Shown piece by piece: positions 26,388-34,901 of a DNA stretch of 56,374 nucleotides. Source of the stretch: Candidatus Woesearchaeota archaeon. Its GTDB lineage: Archaea; Nanobdellota; Nanobdellia; Woesearchaeales; GW2011-AR4. A program made the position numbers and the translations under genes. How positions within the stretch are numbered: the stretch's first letter is position 1; each line of letters opens with the position of its first letter. The notes beneath the pieces are model-generated. The model was not told the origin of the DNA. It made no database searches and saw only the letters and a program-made list of their open reading frames with translations. The stretch is from positions 1 through 56,374 of the forward strand of contig JACPMV010000046.1 of assembly GCA_016185845.1 (NCBI GenBank), written 5' to 3'.

Positions 26388-28618
26388 TTTGTTTTTTCTC
26401 CGCCTGTAGTAACTCCAGTTGTGAATACTTTTTCAGGAGTTTTAGATGAACTATCCCATACCCAATAAGCCAATTCCTGCCTGGTTTTGTCAGTTTTCTT
26501 TTCTGCTTTTTCAATCATCATATTCAATACCTGCGATAATCCGACTGTGGAAAGCGTTGGGTAAGGATTTCCGGTTTTTCTGTCCCTGCTCACAGATTCA
26601 TCCCAGTAATTTTTTTTGCCCCAATATTTATAGAGCCCAGAATGCCTTAATGCCTCCAAATCAAATGCCCCTCTCTCAGGGTATTGCGGAGGTGTTCTTG
26701 TCGGATATTCTCTGCCATTTTGATTCCTGCTTCTCAAGTCAAATGTATTCTTGCTTATTAGGTTTGTATAATCTACATCAGACCTGCTGTTTGGATGGTA
26801 ATGCCCAAATCTAAGGTCCTGCATAAAAGCATCCCACTCATTTAAAATCTGTTTAAAGACAAAGGCAAACGATGCTATGTTAGGATACTCATTGGTTTGC
26901 GGGTAATCTTTAATGTCTTCTATCCTTACTCGTCTTATATAGCCAAGGTTTTTGTGCTCAACTTCTATGGCATTGACATCTTCCAGAACAAAGCCTTTTA
27001 TGTCAACCTCGTGCCTCAACGGGACTGTTCCAAATTGAGTTGCAAAAGACTGGATAGCAAAACCAAGCCTGAAACTCTTGTTAATTTTAGCCAATTCATC
27101 ATTTATTTGCTTTCTTACTTTAAGGCTTTTAAGTTCAAGCTGAGCAGCATCTGTCACTTCTAATTTGTAGCGTCTTTTGAATTTCTTATCGGTCCTGTAA
27201 AGTCTGGTAAATTCAGGCTTTAACCGTCCTCTAACCTCTCCTTCAAGCCTTCTATTAACTTCTTCAGCAACCCTTTCTTCAACCCATCTTCTGGCCGGTG
27301 AACCCGCACGACCAATGCCAGTCGCATTTGGAATTCTCCGTTTTATCTCGTTAAGCGCATGTTCTGTAAATCTTCGTCTTGCATCTTCAGTTAATGCGGT
27401 TCTTAGCTCGCTTTCAATCCTTTTTCTTAAATCTTCCATAAACTCTTTTTGCTTTTTCTTCATTATTTCAATGTATTTTCTTCTGACCGCTTTGGCGTAC
27501 TCCTTATAACCCGGATAATCTTTCCAAATCTTAAGTTTTTCAAAGTCTATAGACCAAACTACAGGATCGCCTTTATCAATGGTATTTACTGGAACTTCCC
27601 ACAACTCATAAATTGCGTTTTCGTCTGCAAACCTGTAATAATGCTTATATGCGCCGTATAAGGCAACTAGGTCCAAGATATGGATTTTTAGGCTCTTTAA
27701 CCTATGGATTAGCCCGAATTTCTTTATATCATCTTCGAATTGAGAATATCCTTTACTCATAGCTGTAAAAATTCCCAAGAAACGTGATTTTATATATCCT
27801 TCATATATCTTCAAATCGTCATGCTCATTGTATTTTCCTTTGAGTTCACTGCTTTCAAGATGACTTTTGAGCAATTCAAAAAATTGGGTAATCATCTCCC
27901 TGTTTGTGTTCCAGCCTCTTTTTTTATCACCCAAGTCAAACCTGTGCGTGTCAATCACTTCACTTAGCTCGTCATAACTCATTGGAGTCTGATCAAAAAT
28001 TATCTGAAGCCCGGCAGCCTGGGCCTGGGCATCCTCAACTCCTCCCTTTTTGCCATAATAAGTGTGCAATCTCGTCATCCAGTTCATAACCATCATTAAT
28101 TCTGCCCTAATCTGGGTAAAAGTGTAGGAAAGCTCATTATTGAACTGCGGATTTTTCATTTCAAGATTCTCTATTCTATTTTTTACAATCCGCAGTCTGG
28201 ATTGCCTTAATGCGAGCAAAAACGGAGCCCAGCCCCTTTCTTTTACCCCTTTCCAGATTCTGCTGCGGCGTTTTTTGTATGGGAACCATTTGTACCATTT
28301 ATTTGAGGTTTTTCCCAACAATCCAATTCCTGTCCACCACGGCATCCATGCAAATTTTGGAGCAACTTTTCTGAAAAAGACGCGCCACATTTTCCATATT
28401 ACCCAAAACCATATAATGCCAACTAGGGTATTTGAGAAAGGACCAAGATATTCCTTTCCACCAGCCGAGGTTGAAATACTGTCAAAGATAATAGTTACAG
28501 TCGGTACCCATCCTGCAATAAATGGCGTAGCTAATATATCTAGGAGTAGGAATACCATAAGCCATCTGAAGATTTTTCTCCATTTCCAGCTATCCAAAAT
28601 ATTTGTTGTGTCCGCCAT
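26384..28618 (-). CDS. 744-aa orphan protein with N-terminal transmembrane helices
   Basis: Two to three N-terminal hydrophobic helices, then Lys/Arg-rich helical regions. The C-terminal roughly 200 aa resemble the C-terminus of the 689-aa protein. Confidence 0.7.
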   Translation of the reverse strand: MADTTNILDSWKWRKIFRWLMVFLLLDILATPFIAGWVPTVTIIFDSISTSAGGKEYLGPFSNTLVGIIWFWVIWKMWRVFFRKVAPKFAWMPWWTGIGLLGKTSNKWYKWFPYKKRRSRIWKGVKERGWAPFLLALRQSRLRIVKNRIENLEMKNPQFNNELSYTFTQIRAELMMVMNWMTRLHTYYGKKGGVEDAQAQAAGLQIIFDQTPMSYDELSEVIDTHRFDLGDKKRGWNTNREMITQFFELLKSHLESSELKGKYNEHDDLKIYEGYIKSRFLGIFTAMSKGYSQFEDDIKKFGLIHRLKSLKIHILDLVALYGAYKHYYRFADENAIYELWEVPVNTIDKGDPVVWSIDFEKLKIWKDYPGYKEYAKAVRRKYIEIMKKKQKEFMEDLRKRIESELRTALTEDARRRFTEHALNEIKRRIPNATGIGRAGSPARRWVEERVAEEVNRRLEGEVRGRLKPEFTRLYRTDKKFKRRYKLEVTDAAQLELKSLKVRKQINDELAKINKSFRLGFAIQSFATQFGTVPLRHEVDIKGFVLEDVNAIEVEHKNLGYIRRVRIEDIKDYPQTNEYPNIASFAFVFKQILNEWDAFMQDLRFGHYHPNSRSDVDYTNLISKNTFDLRSRNQNGREYPTRTPPQYPERGAFDLEALRHSGLYKYWGKKNYWDESVSRDRKTGNPYPTLSTVGLSQVLNMMIEKAEKKTDKTRQELAYWVWDSSSKTPEKVFTTGVTTGGEKTK

Positions 28619-28622
28619 TGTA

Positions 28623-29777
28623 TTATTTAGTTATGGACTCCCATAGTCCGCCGACAAGCCCAGCTACTAATCCTACTACTAATTTGCCAATAGCCACGCC
28701 TGTACTCAATGAAAAACTGCTGCCAGGAGCTGAAGGCGCGCCCAGACTTGGTGCTCCAGCTATACTGCATGCGCTTCCTAAAGCTTTGGCAGTAGCTGAA
28801 AAAAATCCACTTATGTATCCTGCTCCGATTGTATTACTAGATACTTCCGCAATTTTGCATAATCCGCTTCCAAATAATCCGACAAGCGCGCTTGCGCCGA
28901 ACATTGTCCGGAATAGATATTCAACTACTACGATAGTTATTAGCCATCCTAATACCATTCCAAGAGAGCCTTTGCCTTGAGTGAGTATGCTGGCAATTAT
29001 CACTATTAGGAATAATTGCGCCATTCCAATTACAAGAGAGTAATCAGCTCCAGTACGGGCAAGAGTTGAGCCAAGCCATGCTGCTATGAAATAAGTAAGT
29101 TTTTTGCCGCCAGCTTGATCCAACTTTAGGAATACGCTGAAGAACCAGGCAAATAGGATGGTAGACCCAAAAAACACCCACAGCCTGTATTTATTCGCTT
29201 TTTCTGGCCTTAGTATTCCTCCTAAGGTTTTTCCAGGCGTTGAAGGATCAGGCTTGTCTGGCTCAAGGAGATAATTTTTAGCTACAGTATAATTTTCAGT
29301 TCTCCATAACCAATTATCTCCTATGCTTACCGCTATCATGCCTGCTATTAATATTGACAATAAGACAAGTCCAATTTGCCCTTGTTTTTTTTGCGGGTTA
29401 ACACCAAGAAACCCTGCTCCAAACCATCCAACAGCAGCAATAATTAACGCATTCACCAGAACTTTCGGCCTTAGTATTGTTGAAAGCGGCCCAACATTCC
29501 ATATATATCCCTCGCCTTTTCCGCCAATTGTCAGGACTGTTATGACGGCCAGCGCATAGCATATGACCCATATCGCTACTTTCTCCTTGCCCTCTTTTTT
29601 CGGTATAAGGACTGACTGAAGTATGAATAGAATGAAAAACACTATCTTGACGTTTACAAAAAATATAAACCATGTATTGCTGAATATGGGAGCGTCGAAT
29701 ATGCTTTGGGCAAAAGCCAACGGCAGGCTGATTATCAAAACCAATGCGCTAATCCACATTAATTTGTTTATTTTCAT
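28623..29777 (-). CDS. 384-aa polytopic membrane protein with a Gly/Ala/Ser-rich C-terminus
   Basis: Signal-like N-terminus and eight or more hydrophobic helices. C-terminal SNTIGAGYISGF and a Pro/Ala/Ser tail. 4-nt overlap with the upstream ATPase gene. Confidence 0.7.
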   Translation of the reverse strand: MKINKLMWISALVLIISLPLAFAQSIFDAPIFSNTWFIFFVNVKIVFFILFILQSVLIPKKEGKEKVAIWVICYALAVITVLTIGGKGEGYIWNVGPLSTILRPKVLVNALIIAAVGWFGAGFLGVNPQKKQGQIGLVLLSILIAGMIAVSIGDNWLWRTENYTVAKNYLLEPDKPDPSTPGKTLGGILRPEKANKYRLWVFFGSTILFAWFFSVFLKLDQAGGKKLTYFIAAWLGSTLARTGADYSLVIGMAQLFLIVIIASILTQGKGSLGMVLGWLITIVVVEYLFRTMFGASALVGLFGSGLCKIAEVSSNTIGAGYISGFFSATAKALGSACSIAGAPSLGAPSAPGSSFSLSTGVAIGKLVVGLVAGLVGGLWESITK

Positions 29778-30925
29778 AACTCTTTCACAGCCTCATCCAA
29801 AATTTTGTCATCAGGAAGCTCATCAAACTCATAGCCCATAGAAGTTAATTTAATCCAAAGCCTAAGAACATTATCAGTAAAGTAGAATTTGTTGCCTTTC
29901 TTGTGTATCACATCGACATCCATCAGCCTTTCAATGATGCTTTTTGTGACAGGGGCGCTCCTGTAGATTTTTTTGGCAATTTCGCTCAGTCTCAATTCAT
30001 CATTTGCGACGACTTTCAGGATTATTTTGAGCAGGGTCTGCCCCCTTGCCCTGTTGTAATAGTAATTCAGGGAATCATTGCAATAATTGTAAATAGGATT
30101 GTTTTTTTGCAGAAGCTCAATCAGAAATGATTTTTTAGCATCTTTTATCTCATTGTATCTTTTGGAAATAAGGATGGTTATCAAGGGATGGCCCTGGCCC
30201 AACGCCCAGATTTCTTCGCTTGCGTTATCTTTTCCTATAATGCTTTCCGCAAGCTCAATAGCCTCTTTTTTCTCAAGATTTTTTATCTCGTAGCACTCAA
30301 AATTTTTCAGCGAAGCAAGGCTTTCCCTTATGGCAGAGCTTGCCGCAATATACCTTGCATTTTCAGCCTCAAAATTTATCACTGATAAAATATCCCTAAT
30401 CTGCGAGAAATTGTTCAGGTCAAGAAGGTTCTCGAAATTGTCAAGGGCAATGATGAATTTCCTGCCGCTGTCTTTCCCAAGCCTTTCTGCAAAATCAAAC
30501 GCGCTTTCAACAAGCAGCTTCTGGTCGGGCTTTATCTTTAATAATTCATTCTCAACAGCCTTTATCAGAGAAAATGCATTTTTGCTTTTCAGCTCGTTTT
30601 CAGCCTTAAGAAGGTTTTCCAGCAGAAGAAATTTTTTGTACTCTTTTAAGGGCTTTTTTAAAAAATTATAGGCAACATTACCTATAAGCTCAACAGAAAA
30701 ATTCTCAGGATTGAGGCTTATTTTTTCCAAGTCAATATAGACAGGAACAACGTCTTTGGCATTTTTAAGATGCTCTTTGATTATTGCTGTTTTTCCTGAT
30801 TTTCTGGACCCAAGCAGTGCAATGTTCTTGCCCGCTCCTGCCTTGAAAGAGTTTGTATTTTTATCTAGCAAATCCAGGTAATACTCTCTCTTAAAAACTA
30901 CCTCTTTCTTTGCCAAATATTTCAC
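29774..30925 (-). CDS. Archaeal ATPase (Arch_ATPase-type AAA+) with a DUF234-like C-terminal winged helix
   Basis: Walker A LLGSRKSGKT. Walker B-like FIIALDNFENL. C-terminal wHTH SEIAKKIYRSAPVTKSIIERLMDVDVIHKKGNKFYF. GTG start at 30925. Confidence 0.75.
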   Translation of the reverse strand: MKYLAKKEVVFKREYYLDLLDKNTNSFKAGAGKNIALLGSRKSGKTAIIKEHLKNAKDVVPVYIDLEKISLNPENFSVELIGNVAYNFLKKPLKEYKKFLLLENLLKAENELKSKNAFSLIKAVENELLKIKPDQKLLVESAFDFAERLGKDSGRKFIIALDNFENLLDLNNFSQIRDILSVINFEAENARYIAASSAIRESLASLKNFECYEIKNLEKKEAIELAESIIGKDNASEEIWALGQGHPLITILISKRYNEIKDAKKSFLIELLQKNNPIYNYCNDSLNYYYNRARGQTLLKIILKVVANDELRLSEIAKKIYRSAPVTKSIIERLMDVDVIHKKGNKFYFTDNVLRLWIKLTSMGYEFDELPDDKILDEAVKEL

Positions 30926-30930
30926 TCGTA

Positions 30931-31180
30931 AATTATACCAATTGGAATATATACTTATAATATAAAAATGTTTTGTTTCTTTTAATTATACCAATAGGTA
31001 TATATTTTTAAAATTAATATTCCATTTTGTATAGAACTAGTATTTAAGACTTTTGTTTCTTATAATTATACCATTTAGTATATAAACTTTTTGGTATAAA
31101 TTTGGATATCAGCTCTATTCAGGAATAATGTAACCATTTTCTAGTAATAAAAATAAAAACCTTTATATATTGGTAGTATA
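30931..31180. promoter_or_regulatory. Divergent control region with repeated TATACCA-N-GGTATA palindromes
   Basis: aattataccaattggaatatata (30931-30953), aattataccaataggtatata (30984-31004) and aattataccatttagtatata (31064-31084). Copies 2 and 3 share the flank ttttgtttct. A degenerate copy tatattggtagtata (31165-31179) overlaps the TATA of the RHH operon. Confidence 0.65.
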
Positions 31181-31226
31181 AAACACTACTGAGTAGTACT
31201 CATATAACGTTGGGGTAATTTGTTTC

Positions 31227-31421
31227 ATGAAACACAAGCTAAGTGTAAGTTTAGATGAAAGGCTCGTGCAGGAGCTAGACAGGATTCTTTCTACGGGCAA
31301 GTACAGAAACAAGAGCCATGCAATAGACTTTGCAGTGAGAAAATTGCTGGATAGCTCATCTTTGACGAACAAAATCTCCACGCCTGCCCCACAAACTAGC
31401 CCGGAGGCAAAAAATGGCTGA
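31227..31421 (+). CDS. Ribbon-helix-helix (CopG-like) protein, module 1
   Basis: KLSVSLDERLVQELDRILSTGKYRNKSHAIDFAVRKLL has a beta-strand plus two-helix RHH pattern. Its stop overlaps the next start (ATGGCTGA). Confidence 0.75.
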   Translation: MKHKLSVSLDERLVQELDRILSTGKYRNKSHAIDFAVRKLLDSSSLTNKISTPAPQTSPEAKNG

Positions 31422-32289
31422 GCCTTCAGAGCTTGAAAATATGGCGCAGGCTGCTCCGCAAACTGCTTCTCAACCAGCACAACAGCAGCCTGAGAAAAAG
31501 AAAGAAGAAACTCCGCTAGAGGAAATTGCAAACGGAGCAAAAAATGTTGCTGCATTTGGTGTCGGTACTGCATTGCCCTTTGTCTGGCCATTTGGAACTG
31601 GCATTAACAACGCAGTAACCGCCCTGCCGTTGGCCATGGGCTCTGCAATAGAAGACAAGATGCAGGGCAAGCCGATAAACTGGGTTAAAGGCGCAAAAGA
31701 ATCTCTTGTTGGAACTATAATCAACCGGCCGTTGGAGCGGATGTTCGGATACATAAACATTTCTCGTGATTATGTGACTGCAAATTACGGAATGATTCCT
31801 GGCTTTGCGGCAGCTACTGCGGCATTGGGAGCTGCGCAGGCTGTTTTCGTTGGAGCTTACATGGGCCTTAACCATGTCATACAAAATCACACATTCAAAG
31901 GCTTGTATGAAAAATTAAAGAAAGACTACTTGCCGACAATCAAAAGAACCTGGAAATATGTACTGCCATTTAGCGCTTTGAATGTTACCCTTCTACCACT
32001 AACCGGCCTTTACCAAACTCTTGGGGTTACAGCACAGCTTGCATACGGCTCATTGATGTCTTTATTGTTCAGGCTGGTTGGTCCAAAAGCAGAAGGCACC
32101 AGTCTGAAGAATCTAGTCAAGGAATTGAATCCTTTTGCGTACATAGGTGGGACTATAAGTGTCACAGCCAAAGCTGCCAAAAATACAATCGGGGGATTAT
32201 ACACTGGACTTTATGATTTAGGCAGAGCCATTGGCGGATATTCTGCAAAAGCGGCACCAGCAACAGCACCAGCACTGCAACCGGCATAA
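31414..32289 (+). CDS. Paralogous membrane protein P1 (291 aa)
   Basis: Small-residue-rich hydrophobic helices. Motifs LNPFAYIGG and AKNTIGGLYTGL. Pro/Ala-rich tail. Confidence 0.7.
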   Translation: MAEPSELENMAQAAPQTASQPAQQQPEKKKEETPLEEIANGAKNVAAFGVGTALPFVWPFGTGINNAVTALPLAMGSAIEDKMQGKPINWVKGAKESLVGTIINRPLERMFGYINISRDYVTANYGMIPGFAAATAALGAAQAVFVGAYMGLNHVIQNHTFKGLYEKLKKDYLPTIKRTWKYVLPFSALNVTLLPLTGLYQTLGVTAQLAYGSLMSLLFRLVGPKAEGTSLKNLVKELNPFAYIGGTISVTAKAAKNTIGGLYTGLYDLGRAIGGYSAKAAPATAPALQPA

Positions 32290-32291
32290 AA

Positions 32292-32438
32292 ATGAAACAA
32301 AAAATATCCATCACAATAGATGAAAAAACAGTTCACGATATTTTGAAGACTATTTCTACAGGAAAATTCAGGAATAAAAGCCACGTTGTAGAGTACGCTG
32401 TAAGGAAACTGCTTGAGGTGGAAAATGGCAGAGACTAA
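32292..32438 (+). CDS. Ribbon-helix-helix protein, module 2 (48 aa, not in the ORF track)
   Basis: My own translation is MKQKISITIDEKTVHDILKTISTGKFRNKSHVVEYAVRKLLEVENGRD. It is paralogous to modules 1 and 3 and overlaps the P2 start by 14 nt. Confidence 0.7.
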   Translation: MKQKISITIDEKTVHDILKTISTGKFRNKSHVVEYAVRKLLEVENGRD

Positions 32439-33285
32439 TCCTCTGGCAGTTCCTGGAGAACAGAAAAAGGAAAAAGGAACATTGGAGAGTGTAGTTGACG
32501 AAATATGGGATTTTGGAAAAAAGACAATTGCCATAGGCGCAGTTGCTGCTATGCCTTTCCTTTACAATTTCTATGATCCAAGCCATGTGGCAAGAGCTGC
32601 CGTTACAACTTACGGATTTGCCGCTGCCAAATCAACAGCGAATGTAATACAAAACAAAAAGCCTTTGGAAGGAATAGTATGGCAAGGCGCAACTGGAAAT
32701 ATGCTTTCCTATCCTTTAGCGCGGGGATTCACAGGATTAAACAATCTGGAAACAGCACTTGCTCCGGACTATGGCGCTACAACTGCCAGAGTGGCAAAAG
32801 CCGGCGGAATGGTTTTTGGATTGCAGCCCGCATTCACGACTATCAGGACTGCGCTTAATTATGGAGTCGGAAAAAAATTCAGGGAAAATTTGTGGCCGGG
32901 CATTAATAATACTTTAAAGTATATATCATTAATAGGCGCAGCCAATGTTTTGTGGATATACCAATATGGATTATTGGCGCAAATGGCTACGTCCATGCTT
33001 GGCAGCTATGTTATCAACCTAGTGGAATCTCTAAGAGGCGGAAAAGGCCACATAAACAATCTCTTCAGTGCTTTAAATCCGTTTTCTTACATCGGCGCAG
33101 CCGCAGGCGTTTCCTACAAGCTCGCCAAAAACACAATCGGCGGAATTTATACAGGACTTCATGATGTTGGAAAATCCATTGGCGATGCTTTTGGAGGCTC
33201 ATATCAGCCTTCTGCTCCATCTCAACCATCACCGGCAAGGCCAGCACCATCACCAGCAGCAGCGCATCCAGCCCCAGCACACTAA
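32425..33285 (+). CDS. Paralogous membrane protein P2
   Basis: I chose the start at MAETNPL by analogy with P1 (MAEPSE) and P4 (MAENLE). Motifs LNPFSYIGA and AKNTIGGIYTGL. Pro/Ala/Ser tail. Confidence 0.7.
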   Translation: MAETNPLAVPGEQKKEKGTLESVVDEIWDFGKKTIAIGAVAAMPFLYNFYDPSHVARAAVTTYGFAAAKSTANVIQNKKPLEGIVWQGATGNMLSYPLARGFTGLNNLETALAPDYGATTARVAKAGGMVFGLQPAFTTIRTALNYGVGKKFRENLWPGINNTLKYISLIGAANVLWIYQYGLLAQMATSMLGSYVINLVESLRGGKGHINNLFSALNPFSYIGAAAGVSYKLAKNTIGGIYTGLHDVGKSIGDAFGGSYQPSAPSQPSPARPAPSPAAAHPAPAH

Positions 33286-33287
33286 AA

Positions 33288-33461
33288 ATGAAGCAAAAAA
33301 TAAGCATAACTTTGGACGAAGAAACAGTTTTCAAAATTCAAAATAATCTGCGCACTGGAAAGTTCAGGAACAAAAGCCATGTTGTGGAGTTTGCAGTGAA
33401 GAAACTGCTTGAAGCGGAAAATTCTGAAGACAAAATTCTTTTGAGGGGTGATATGGAATGA
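33288..33461 (+). CDS. Ribbon-helix-helix protein, module 3 (57 aa, not in the ORF track)
   Basis: My own translation is MKQKISITLDEETVFKIQNNLRTGKFRNKSHVVEFAVKKLLEAENSEDKILLRGDME. ATGA overlap with P3. Confidence 0.7.
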   Translation: MKQKISITLDEETVFKIQNNLRTGKFRNKSHVVEFAVKKLLEAENSEDKILLRGDME

Positions 33462-34129
33462 GCCTCGAAGAAAAAGTTGCAGACCATAAGAACAGGGGAT
33501 TCCTGAGAAAAGCGCTGAAAATTGGGCTGTATGCCGGAATTGGCGCGGCAGCAGGCGCATTAAGCTACGGGCTTGTAGGAATTTCAGGCCCATTAACTGG
33601 TATTGCGTTCAGCGCAGGCTCTGCAGTTTTGAATGCCCTTGGAAAAAACCCTGACAAGAAATCAAGGGGCCTTGAAGGGATAGTCAAGGATTTTACGGTA
33701 GGTTCTTTGACTGGAATAGCAGGAGTGTGGGGCTACGATTTGGCCGCATCTTTGTTTCCTGTGCCTGGGATAGGGAGGGCATTATTTGGGCTTGCAGTTG
33801 CAAATTCCGTATTTGACGCTGCATATCTTGTTAGTGATTATATCATCAAGAACGATTTTAACCCAAGAGGAATTGGCAGACATGTTAAGGATAATTTTTG
33901 GCCGTTATTTAGGGATTCCACGATATGGCTTGGTTTGCCTGTTGCATTGACAATAAACGGCTATGGAATTCCTGCAACAATCGGAGGACTTGACTTAAGA
34001 GGATATCCAACAATTCTTGCAGCCGATGCAGCTTTTAGGGTAGTTGCAGGACTGGCTGAATCAAAAGCTTCCGGCAAGAGCCATTACGGGTATTCCGTTC
34101 CAAACATACAATATGCAGGAGCGCACTAA
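33458..34129 (+). CDS. Paralogous membrane protein P3 (223 aa, shorter)
   Basis: Gly/Ala-rich helices. VKDNFWPLFRDSTIWLGLP matches FRENLWPGINNTLKYISL (P2) and FSENYWKSTKKTMLYLGLP (P4). Confidence 0.65.
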   Translation: MSLEEKVADHKNRGFLRKALKIGLYAGIGAAAGALSYGLVGISGPLTGIAFSAGSAVLNALGKNPDKKSRGLEGIVKDFTVGSLTGIAGVWGYDLAASLFPVPGIGRALFGLAVANSVFDAAYLVSDYIIKNDFNPRGIGRHVKDNFWPLFRDSTIWLGLPVALTINGYGIPATIGGLDLRGYPTILAADAAFRVVAGLAESKASGKSHYGYSVPNIQYAGAH

Positions 34130-34130
34130 G

Positions 34131-34901
34131 ATGGCAGAAAACCTTGAGCAAAAAACTGAATCAGAATTCGGGCAATTATTCAAAGGAATAGCCAATACTT
34201 TTATAGGGGCCGGAGCAATAGGCGCTTCTTATGCCTTATTGGGCACTACTGGACTGGCAATTGCCTCTGCTGCTCCGTTAAGCGGAAGGATTGTGACCAA
34301 GCTTGCAGGCAATGATTATACGGGCAGAAATTTCAGGAATGATACACTTGCAGGAGCCGTTACAGCGCCATTATTTGTAGGAATACTTAATGCTGTGACA
34401 AGGCTTCCAAGATATTACGGAATAGACGGCTTGGTTAATATTTTAGGGGCATCCATACCTGCCTATTCGCTTGGAGTTGCAGGATTTACATTAGCAGCAA
34501 TACCTTTTTTCACAGCTTTGACATATCCTATAGGATACATGGTGAGAAATAAAACATTAAAAGGAATTGGCAAGGATTTCAGCGAAAATTACTGGAAGAG
34601 TACAAAAAAGACTATGCTGTACCTAGGCTTGCCCGGAGCAGCTCTGGTATCATTAGGGGCTACTTTGCCTTATTTAGCGCCTTACCTGGCTCCGATATAC
34701 TTCGGATTAGGAATAGTCTCCAGGGCTATGAACTCAAAAGAAAAACTGGACTATAAAAAATTGTTCAATCCATCAACATATTTGCCAAACTTTTTGAATC
34801 CGTTTTATATAGTAGAAGGACTGGCAAGCTTAATCTCCAGGGCAGTAAGATCAAGCCCTAAGCCAGCTGCTCCTGAGTTATCACCGCAGCCCGCTCACTA
34901 A
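34131..34901 (+). CDS. Paralogous membrane protein P4 (no RHH partner)
   Basis: The start at MAENLEQ is 2 nt after the P3 stop. FLNPFYIVEG and a Pro/Ala tail ending PQPAH, like P2 (APAH). Confidence 0.65.
   Translation: MAENLEQKTESEFGQLFKGIANTFIGAGAIGASYALLGTTGLAIASAAPLSGRIVTKLAGNDYTGRNFRNDTLAGAVTAPLFVGILNAVTRLPRYYGIDGLVNILGASIPAYSLGVAGFTLAAIPFFTALTYPIGYMVRNKTLKGIGKDFSENYWKSTKKTMLYLGLPGAALVSLGATLPYLAPYLAPIYFGLGIVSRAMNSKEKLDYKKLFNPSTYLPNFLNPFYIVEGLASLISRAVRSSPKPAAPELSPQPAH

Noticed and set aside
31163-33593. Minus-strand ORFs 31163-31591, 31470-31760, 31516-31890, 32211-32534 and 33282-33593, which overlap the RHH/membrane array.
   Set aside because: The plus-strand reading gives three mutually paralogous RHH proteins and four paralogous membrane proteins with coupled starts. 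The minus-strand products show no internal consistency.
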